DNA of 32,674 bases, taken from Octopus bimaculoides (Eukaryota). Shown in pieces: positions 12,529-22,030 of this stretch (position 1 is its first letter; every line of letters begins with the position of its first letter). Made by a program: the position numbers and the translations under genes. The notes under the pieces were generated by a model. It made no database searches and was not told the origin of the DNA. It saw only the letters and a list, made by a program, of their open reading frames with translations. The DNA is taken from the NCBI RefSeq assembly GCF_001194135.2, contig NC_068985.1:113822788-113855461 (forward strand), written 5' to 3'.

Positions 12529-13824
12529 CACACACAAAGTCACAAACTACTATATACATATGATACACATAATTGCATATAGATATTATATGTACACAGT
12601 TGCACAAGTCTGTACATACAATATATATGTGTGTGTGTCTTGAAATATTTCAATTGATGCAAAAACTGTTTGGAACTAAGTATATACAACATTTGGGAAG
12701 AAAATTAAAAACAAAAAAAAAGCAACAACAAGTCACCCCAAATTGGAAAAACAACTCCAAAACCATGTTTAGTACGTATGAGACATGATAAAGTGCAAGA
12801 GTTGCAAATAGTTGTTTTATCATCAAATATCTGTGAATGTAAACATTGCATAAACAATGATATTTGCATGAGCAAACGAGTTGAGAGGCACAAAAAAAAA
12901 CAAACAAAAAACAGTCAATAATAATAATAATAATGACAATAATAATAATGATAATAATAATAATGATAATAATAGCTACAATAAAATTTAAAAAAAAATC
13001 CTGAGCAGGTTGGAGTACGTAAAAAGATTGAATTTAAGATATGCATGTATTACTGTCTGTATATAATATTNNNNNNNNNNNNNNNNNNNNNNNNNNNNNN
13101 NNNNNNNNNNNNNNNNNNNNNNNNNNNNNNNNNNNNNNNNNNNNNNNNNNNNNNNNNNNNNNNNNNNNNNNNNNNNNNNNNNNNNNNNNNNNNNNNNNNN
13201 NNNNNNNNNNNNNNNNNNNNNNNNNNNNNNNNNNNNNNNNNNNNNNNNNNNNNNNNNNNNNNNNNNNNNNNNNNNNNNNNNNNNNNNNNNNNNNNNNNNN
13301 NNNNNNNNNNNNNNNNNNNNNNNNNNNNNNNNNNNNNNNNNNNNNNNNNNNNNNNNNNNNNNNNNNNNNNNNNNNNNNNNNNNNNNNNNNNNNNNNNNNN
13401 NNNNNNNNNNNNNNNNNNNNNNNNNNNNNNNNNNNNNNNNNNNNNNNNNNNNNNNNNNNNNNNNNNNNNNNNNNNNNNNNNNNNNNNNNNNNNNNNNNNN
13501 NNNNNNNNNNNNNNNNNNNNNNNNNNNNNNNNNNNNNNNNNNNNNNNNNNNNNNNNNNNNNNNNNNNNNNNNNNNNNNNNNNNNNNNNNNNNNNNNNNNN
13601 NNNNNNNNNNNNNNNNNNNNNNNNNNNNNNNNNNNNNNNNNNNNNNNNNNNNNNNNNNNNNNNNNNNNNNNNNNNNNNNNNNNNNNNNNNNNNNNNNNNN
13701 NNNNNNNNNNNNNNNNNNNNNNNNNNNNNNNNNNNNNNNNNNNNNNNNNNNNNNNNNNNNNNNNNNNNNNNNNNNNNNNNNNNNNNNNNNNNNNNNNNNN
13801 NNNNNNNNNNNNNNNNNNNNNNNN

Positions 13825-13869
<45 letters not shown>

Positions 13870-13954
13870 GTATATATTTATATATATCACACACACACAC
13901 ATGTGTATATGTTAATGTACATGTATGTCATGTCAGTCTTAATGTATAAACACA

Positions 13955-14246
13955 CTGAAATAGAAGGGAAGAACCTTGCTCTAGAGAGTCCATCATGGAG
14001 GAAAGTAGGACAGAAGAATTCAAAGAAAATCACATTCAACATGAACAGCTCAAGAGAGATGTTTGCTATGGTCTTCACATGAATCATGTTGGAGTACAAC
14101 CCAGTTTAACATGTAACAAGTGTGGACATGTGTGTCGAAGTGAAGCAGATCTTAGAAATCATCAGAACAACCACACATGCAGGGAAGTTGTTAACTATGC
14201 ATTATATAGCAATCTCTTTTTGCAGGGAGCAGGGGGGAAAGAATGA
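13955..14246 (+). mobile_element. Degenerate RTE-type LINE ORF C-terminus with a C2H2-like finger
   Basis: NLALESPSWRK is followed, after a frameshift, by FKENHIQHEQLKR...TCNKCGHVCRSEADLRNHQNNH. The layout (LA.DR..WR...KR..RK...C..CG..C.S...L..H...H) is typical of RTE-1/BovB ORF ends. Confidence 0.6.
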
Positions 14247-14380
14247 GCATCATGAGGTGAGAAGTTTCACCAAGACAATACTGTTAACACCTACAGCAGG
14301 AAGTGCCCATCATTTCCACATCTGTACCAATTAATATAAGACCCATGCAGGAATGAAAGCCACGTTCCTGTTGTTCACAT

Positions 14381-14606
14381 TTAACCCTTTAGCATTTAAA
14401 CTGGCCCAGATATTCTTCCTGTTTTATGTTCAAACCAGTCAGATAGATCTGACCGCTCATGCTTACCTACAATGTTACTCTAAAAATAAACAATCTAATC
14501 CCATCATCAGAATCTTAAAGCTATGTGACGATGCTTAATTAATTCAAAACCGTGTGAATAGATAAGCATCACATTTGACAGAATAATCCGAATGCTAAAG
14601 GATTAA
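14381..14606. mobile_element. piggyBac-type MITE (family A), complete
   Basis: The ends are TTAA CCCTTTAGCATT ... AATGCTAAAGGA TTAA. This is a 12-bp TIR with 1 mismatch inside TTAA duplications. It is non-coding and 226 bp long. Confidence 0.8.
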
Positions 14607-14782
14607 TAGAACAATGAAACATTGGCATTACCTGAAATCAAGTAACAGCCATCATATGTAAGTATGTATATGTGTGTATGTATGTGTGTCCTTTCCATAT
14701 AGTGCTTAGCTAACATAAATATTTAAGCTTGTATATATATATATATATATATATATTTAAGCTTATATATATATATATATAT

Positions 14783-15060
14783 GGTGAAATTGTTGAGATG
14801 CTTGAACGGAGATGCGTAGATATGTGCTGCATCCAGGAAGTAAGATGGAGAGGAGGTTCTGCAAGGTTCCTCACAGGCAAAGAACACAGGTACAAGATTT
14901 TCTGGGCAGGGAACACTGACGGGGTCGGGGGTGTAGGAATACTTCTAGCGGAGAAATGGGTGGATAAGGTAATCGAGGTCGTTAGAGTAAGTGACAGAGT
15001 ACTTAAGATCAGACTAGTGCTTCATCATAGATTAGCTACTGTCATCTCAGCCTATGCACC
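14783..15060 (+). mobile_element. RTE-clade LINE fragment: AP-endonuclease N-terminal region
   Basis: It reads GEIVEMLERRCVDMCCIQEVRWRGGSARFLTGKEHRYKIFWAGNTDGVGGVGILLAEKWVDKVIEVVRVSDRVLKIRLVLHHRLATVISAYAP. The APE motifs are visible (D..C.QE.RW, GVGILL, ISAYAP). It is 5'-truncated and ends at a gap. Confidence 0.9.
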
Positions 15061-15948
15061 NNNNNNNNNNNNNNNNNNNNNNNNNNNNNNNNNNNNNNNN
15101 NNNNNNNNNNNNNNNNNNNNNNNNNNNNNNNNNNNNNNNNNNNNNNNNNNNNNTATATATATATATATATAAGCTTAAATATTTATGATGATGGCTTAGC
15201 TGGTCACAACTTCAAAGTCACTATCAAAAACAGTTTTGTATAAGAATAATAAATTTGTACTCTACAAAAGTATAGGGTAACCCATCAGACTAATGTAAAA
15301 TTGTTTTTATTATAAGTGACCATAAAAACAAACATTAATATACACATGTATATACACTCACACACGTTAATGCTTCTGTCATTCTCTCTCTCATTAAATC
15401 CTGGTCACTTCCACATCACCAATCCTCAACTGTTTCTAAGTATGGTAATATTTCCCCATGGCTGGATATACATGCATACTTTTTGATTGCACGGACATTA
15501 CGCACATTTCTACAGTGACATTCATATACACTCTCTCACTTCATATACATACATGTATGTACACATAATGTCAATTTGATTAAAAACTGCCGGATTATTT
15601 CATATGTGTGTGAGTATATATGATAAATATACATTCATATGAGTGAATTTCACACAGAAATAAATGTATGTATACCGAATGCGAATGTGCAGCTATCATA
15701 GGTATAGGTGTATATGTGTACATACATGTTGTATGTGTGTATATAATGATGTATGATTGTGCAGTGTCTGTATGAAGATGATAACATGAGTAGCAGTAAC
15801 AAAGAAAAATTGACAAGTGCTTCTCGGCACTGCAGTGCTGATTTCAATGGGACCTTGCAGGAGTGAGTGGCCATCACTTTTGCGAAAGACTGGGCCGTTG
15901 GGTCAATACTCCAACTGTCCTGAATAACACAATTGTGCCGAGATCATT

Positions 15949-15949
<1 letters not shown>

Positions 15950-15981
<32 letters not shown>

Positions 15982-16136
15982 GTTTAACGTCCGCTTTCTA
16001 TGCTAGCATGGGTTGGATGATATGACTGAGGACTGGTGAACCAGATGGCTACACCAGGCTCCAATCTGATTTGGCAGAGTTTCTACAGCTGGATGCCCTT
16101 CCTAACGCCAACCACTCAGAGGGTGTAGTGGGTGTT
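15950..16136 (-). mobile_element. RTE 3' tail
   Basis: It reads (CAT)n then cgtttaacgtccgctttctatgctagcatgggttgg...ggatgcccttcctaacgccaaccactc. Confidence 0.85.
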
Positions 16137-16456
16137 GATGAAGGAAATAAATATCCAACAAAATTTCAAAAACTGCTCATTTCATTATGAAAGTATATTT
16201 GAAACCTCATCTTTATCTAGGCAGAGGAAAGTAGAGCTTAATTAAATTAATGAACTTTGACATTGAAATTTAAGTTAGGAGATTCAGTAATTAACAAGCA
16301 AGGGATGGGAATCAAGGATTCCAAGTGTAGTAGAAACAAAGAGCTGCCAGATAATTTTGTTTGGTATAGTTCACTTAAATAGGTGTTCAAATTTGTAAAT
16401 AATTTAATAACACACAAAAGATACAATAATAAAACATCAAAATTCTTTGTTAAAAT

Positions 16457-16896
16457 TTAACTCATTAGCATACAGATTACCCTGTCAAATATAACACTTA
16501 TTTATTCACATTGTTTTCAATTGATTATACATTATCTTGTAGCTTCAAGATTTCAATGATGCATTTTAATTTTAGAATGACATTGCAGGGTATATGTGAG
16601 AGGCCTGATCTGGTCAGTTTGAACACAGTACAGGTAGAATATTTCGTCCAGATATGACCAAGCTAATCCTTTCACATTAAGATTACTCTGTCAAATATAA
16701 TGCTTATTTATTCACACTGTTTTCAAATTAATCATACATTATCTTGTAGCTTTAGCTTTGAGATTTCGATGATGTATTTGTTTAATTTTAGAATGACATT
16801 GCAGGATAGTTGTAAGAGGCCTGATCCAGTCGATTTGACAGAAAACAGGTATAATATTTGGGCCTGATATGGCCAATTTGAATGCTGAAAGGTTAA
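16457..16896. mobile_element. Tandem pair of family-A MITEs (16457-16662 lacks the far TIR; 16663-16896 complete), opposite orientation to 14381-14606
   Basis: There are two successive copies of ...gattac(c/t)ctgtcaaatataa...gaatgacattgcagg...gaggcctgatc. The outer ends are TTAACTCATTAGCAT and AATGCTGAAAGGTTAA. Confidence 0.8.
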
Positions 16897-16992
16897 ACAG
16901 CTTTTGTGGCAAATTTATAAAATGTTGAATATCCACTTCCTCCACTAAAAGTGTCATATGCACTTGGTAAAATGCATTTGGAAGGGTGTGAT

Positions 16993-17255
16993 ATCATCAT
17001 CTTCATTTAATATCTGTTTTCCATGCTGCCATAGGTTGGGCAGCTGGAGAGCAGTCCAGGCTCCAGTGGTCTGTTTTGGGATGGTTTCTTTGGCTGCATG
17101 CCTTTCCTAATGCTAACCAGTTTACAGAGTGTGCTGGGTGCTTTTTATGTGCTATCAGCATGAGGGCATTTCATGTGGTACTGACATGACTGCATTTTAC
17201 ACAGCATGAGTGCATTTTATGTGGCACTAGCACCTGCAAGACAAAGACTTCTCAG
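16993..17255 (-). mobile_element. Old, diverged RTE-related tail
   Basis: It runs catcatcttcatttaatatctgttttccatgc...gcatgcctttcctaatgctaaccagtttacagagtgtgctgggtgc. Related decayed copies lie at about 10785-11080 and 23335-23690. Confidence 0.55.
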
Positions 17256-17536
17256 CTGCAAGAGGGCATGGGGGGGGGGCAGCATGGTCATAAAGGACAT
17301 GCCTGTATGTATGGATGGCCACAATTTTACGTAATTTGATGTGACTTCTTAAGTACAGTAAATTGCTAAAAATCCTGGTCCCTTAAGGGAAAATGGAAAG
17401 ACAAATATCAAACAACATAGCTTATTGTTGATTAAAAAGAATTATAGAAATGACCTCACAAACTAACGATAGGGTTCAGAGAGAGAAAAAGAGAAAGATA
17501 GGGTTCAGAGAAAAATAAAAGAGGAAGACAACTTAC

Positions 17537-17705
17537 CTTTGCCAGTTGGAATTGGAGGGAGTTTACTACTGATGGGTGTGCGACAGATCACCTGGTCGCG
17601 GGCCTTCTGAGCATTTGTAGTCAATGTGTGGTTGCGGCCGTAAGCAGAGAAGGCGCACTCGTACTGGCCCCTCACCTGAGGAAGATTCATCACTTGCAGA
17701 GTGAT
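17537..17705 (-). CDS. PlexA: Plexin (Plexin-A-like) internal coding exon: Ig-like/TIG segment between PSI1 and PSI2
   Basis: The acceptor is ttttccctatctcttttttacag and the donor is AAG|gtaagt. The 169 nt read ITLQVMNLPQVRGQYECAFSAYGRNHTLTTNAQKARDQVICRTPISSKLPPIPTGK + 1 nt. This resembles the recalled PlexA pattern L.I.NLP..G...CAF....L.TNA.....V.C.TP....LP.I..GK. It has an NHT sequon and is GC-richer than its flanks. Confidence 0.9.
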
Positions 17706-18209
17706 CTGTAAAAAAGAGATAGGGAAAATCATGATCAGACTTACAATATAAATTATTCTATAACAAATATGAATGACTAATACACCATTTAGCAATACGT
17801 TGTGTATATCTTATATAGCAGTGTGTGTGTGTGTATGTTATATAATAATATATATGATATAGCAATATATGTATGTTTTACAGCAATGTTATAAAGCTAT
17901 ATATATATATAGAGAGAGAGAGAGAAAGAGAGAGCTTTGTGTGTGTGTGTGTGTGTGTTTTATAATGATAATGCACATAAGTGTTGTATAGCATTATATA
18001 TATACATGATATGTAGCATTATATGTTATACAACAATATAGATAAACATTATTTATGTTGAAACAAATATCTATATAACTATTTAGGGAGGGGGAGAGAG
18101 AGGTAGGATTAGAGAGAAAGGAGAGAGAAAACAGGAGATGTGCCTGCAAATACTTTTATATAGACTCTCTGCCAGTTTCATATGCACACAATGAGTAAGA
18201 TTACCCAGT

Positions 18210-18253
<44 letters not shown>

Positions 18254-19004
18254 AGCTGTTTCTATGCATGTACAATTTTCATGCATTATATAATTCCTTG
18301 TAAACCATCAGTCTCCAAGAAAAACACACATACAACACAAACATACACACATGCATCCATACACACAACACATACAATACGTGCACACAAGATACTTACA
18401 AACATGCATACAACATACATACATACAAGCATATATTACAACACACATACACCCATGAATATTTTTACTTTTTCGTTCTCTTTTTTTAAGGGAAGAACCT
18501 AAATGTAAGGACTGGAACAATTTGCCAAAATACTCTCAACATAACAGAATGGCTTCATAAAAACAGACGAACATAAGGAACGCTCCCGCTACTAGTAGTA
18601 CGGGTAGAAAGTGAAGACTGAACGAAGGAATCTGTGCCAAAATTACAAACACACACACACACATATGCACACACAGTGTGCAAAATAAACAAAGAATTTC
18701 ATTTATTTTACACTTTGGGTTTTATTTCTTTCTTCAAAATAACGTTTTCTTACACACTTATCAATATAAGAATAATACCTATAAGAGTAATAACAATATT
18801 GATAAGGAAGGGGGAGGAAGGGAAGAGAAAGAAAGGAGGAGGAGAATGAAAAGAGAAAGAAGAGGATAGGAGGAGGAGATTATCTATAATAACAATTAAT
18901 AATAATAATGGCTTCAAATTTTGGCACAAGGCTAGCAATTTCAGGGGAGGGAATAAGTTGGTTTCATTGATCTCAATATTCAACTGGCACCATTGCGCTT
19001 ACCA

Positions 19005-19343
19005 TTCAATGATGTGATTGCTTGTTTTCACAATGACATTGTAGGGTAAGTGTAAAAGGGAGAATTTACGAAAAAAACAACAGACAAAGACAGGTGGTGT
19101 AAACAACAAATGGATGTATTAGTTTAACGTTCGGGAATAGAGAAAGTCTTTGACGTTTCGAGCTTACGCTCTTCAACTGAAAAGAACTCAGAACAAAATA
19201 AGGAGAGAAACAAGGAGAAAAAGAATATAAATGTAGTGGTCAGCGATCTATCAAGGTGTAAAAGGTTGGATCTGGTCATTCTGAACATAAAACAAGTTGA
19301 ATCTTTTGGTCAGATTTGACCAGCTTAAATGCAAAAGGGTTAA
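19005..19343. mobile_element. Partial family-A MITE interrupted by a 196-bp insertion
   Basis: It runs caatgacattgtagggtaagtgtaaaagg [insert] gtgtaaaaggttggatctgg...aatgcaaaagggttaa. Confidence 0.8.
19060..19255 (-). mobile_element. Short Penelope-like (pLTR-type) insertion flanked by a 10-bp TSD, GTGTAAAAGG
   Basis: The direct repeat lies at 19050-19059 and 19256-19265. The reverse complement contains GAAGAGCGTAAGCTCGAAACGTC, of the GAAG...CGAAACGTC type known from Penelope-like element termini. The family assignment rests on that motif alone. Confidence 0.6.
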
Positions 19344-20251
19344 CTCAGAATGGTACAACTTAACTAATATTGGCAACATGGTGTGTAAGTATTATCTAGC
19401 AGTACAATAATATTCTGGAATCTGTTATCATGTGCTGTGATATTAGAGCTGCTTTCATTTCTATGAACCAGGCCAGTTTTGACTTCTGGTTTAAACATTT
19501 TCAACCTTTGCTGACCAAAATGNNNNNNNNNNNNNNNNNNNNNNNNNNNNNNNNNNNNNNNNNNNNNNNNNNNNNNNNNNNNNNNNNNNNNNNNNNNNNN
19601 NNNNNNNNNNNNNNNNNNNNNNNNNNNNNNNNNNNNNNNNNNNNNNNNNNNNNNNNNNNNNNNNNNNNNNNNNNNNNNNNNNNNNNNNNNNNNNNNNNNN
19701 NNNNNNNNNNNNNNNNNNNNNNNNNNNNNNNNNNNNNNNNNNNNNNNNNNNNNNNNNNNNNNNNNNNNNNNNNNNNNNNNNNNNNNNNNNNNNNNNNNNN
19801 NNNNNNNNNNNNNNNNNNNNNNNNNNNNNNNNNNNNNNNNNNNNNNNNNNNNNNNNNNNNNNNNNNNNNNNNNNNNNNNNNNNNNNNNNNNNNNNNNNNN
19901 NNNNNNNNNNNNNNNNNNNNNNNNNNNNNNNNNNNNNNNNNNNNNNNNNNNNNNNNNNGAATCTGTTATCATGTGCTGTGATATTAGAGCTGCTTTCATT
20001 TCTATGAACCAGGCCAGTTTTGACTTCTGGTTTAAACATTTTCAACCTTTGCTGACCAAAATGTATATAGGTTCTAGAGCAGAGGTGGAGAAACAGAGCT
20101 GAGTACTGAAAGTATTCTAAGCAGGTGTAAATTGATGTAATAAAGCATTCACAGATTTCATAAGGCTGGAGCTCAAAGAGCAGTTTTTTCTTAGAGGTAC
20201 TAGAGACACTAAGGTACCATCAAAGCTTTTCCAGAAGTTACGACTGGCTCA

Positions 20252-20520
20252 TGAAGGCACATGGCCTAGCAGTTAGGCTGTTGCACTCACAATCACTAGA
20301 TTGTGGGTTTGATTCCCTGACTGGTTGGCGTGTTTTGTTCTTGAGCAAAACACTTCATTTCACATCGCTCCAGTACCCCTTTGATCAGCAGAGATTGTTG
20401 GTCCACTCACATAGCCAGCAGGGAGGCATCATTTGAAGGCTAAAACAATGTAAAGTGCATTGTGACCGGCGATGTGCAACAACCTCTGATAGCCTGGCCG
20501 GTCACATGATCATGTGATGA
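20252..20520 (+). mobile_element. tRNA-derived SINE, third family
   Basis: It has an A-box-like tggcctagcagttagg and a B-box-like gggtttgattccc, then gttcttgagcaaaacacttcatttcac...gctccagt. Confidence 0.7.
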
Positions 20521-21744
20521 TTGGCACTTGCAAAACGAAGCTATCATCAAAATAATCATTTGTCATCATGATCATGATCATCATTGTCATCATCATCATG
20601 ATGTTTAAAATTCATTTTTAGTTTAATTTCCACCCACCCACCCTTTTTTCCCTTGTTCTCTTTTTCTGACTTGTAAGTAACTTGGCAACCTCACAAGTGC
20701 TGGTGCCTTGAAAAATGCACTCAGTACACACTATGAAGTAGCTGACACTAGGAAGGACATCCATTTGTAGAAACCATACCAAATCAGACACTAGGGTTTT
20801 GCATATCCCTACAGGTCACCAGATCCTGTCAAATCATCCAACCAGTGCCAGTATGGTAAAAGAATGTTAAATGATGACTATGATATCATTTGCTACTCTA
20901 TAAATGCTTTCTCATATCTACCACATTAGCGTGTTTAGTCTGAGAGGGCCAGCAAAGGGTTTCATGGACATCTCCTTCCTCTACAAAATACCTGTAGTGA
21001 TGTCATCACGTCGGAGTCACCAATTGTAAGAGGAAAATTGGTTGGCACCGGAAGGGTGCCACAGAATTCCTTACATAAATGTTAGAAGGAAAAAATATCG
21101 GAACAAGAAACATCCGAACAAAAAACAATCCTTTTATTTTGTATGTACAAGGTTTACACCTTGGGACAATTAGTAGCCAGGTCTGATGTGGAAGCAGCAA
21201 AGTCGGTGTTAACCATACTTTGTGAAGGCATTCTTCACAGAAACTCCAGCTACATACCTTACCANNNNNNNNNNNNNNNNNNNNNNNNNNNNNNNNNNNN
21301 NNNNNNNNNNNNNNNNNNNNNNNNNNNNNNNNNNNNNNNNNNNNNNNNNNNNNNNNNNNNNNNNNNNNNNNNNNNNNNNNNNNNNNNNNNNNNNNNNNNN
21401 NNNNNNNNNNNNNNNNNNNNNNNNNNNNNNNNNNNNNNNNNNNNNNNNNNNNNNNNNNNNNNNNNNNNNNNNNNNNNNNNNNNNNNNNNNNNNNNNNNNN
21501 NNNNNNNNNNNNNNNNNNNNNNNNNNNNNNNNNNNNNNNNNNNNNNNNNNNNNNNNNNNNNNNNNNNNNNNNNNNNNNNNNNNNNNNNNNNNNNNNNNNN
21601 NNNNNNNNNNNNNNNNNNNNNNNNNNNNNNNNNNNNNNNNNNNNNNNNNNNNNNNNNNNNNNNNNNNNNNNNNNNNNNNNNNNNNNNNNNNNNNNNNNNN
21701 NNNNNNNNTTTTTTTACATTGCTGTTTGGTGTGTTTACTTTTAC

Positions 21745-21971
21745 ACTCCACACCACCACAACCTCCATCACTACGTTACCATAACATCTTTGATACCAAT
21801 GCCACTGTTGCTGCCGCCGTTGCCACCACCACCACCACCACCACCACCGCCACTACCTACATCGTTTTTCTATCCTTTGTTATACCGTTATTATGGTATT
21901 AAAAAAGGAACCAATTGTTTGGCAGTAGAAAGCATTCTTTACTTTCCTTGTCTTTTACTTCTACTACGATG

Positions 21972-22006
<35 letters not shown>

Positions 22007-22030
22007 CACTACCACTACTATTACTACTGC
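21745..22030. repeat. (CAC)n/(TAC)n trinucleotide tracts
   Basis: Visible directly. Confidence 0.85.

Noticed and set aside
12988-14082. Long ORFs containing X, and similar ones at the other gaps
   Set aside because: They are open only because N codons are not stops.
18518-18610. DWNNLP-like peptide (CR1/L2 end?) and a small hairpin CCCGCTACTAGTAGTACGGG
   Set aside because: Both are too short to separate from chance. There is no adjoining RT similarity and no Helitron-type terminus in the right position.
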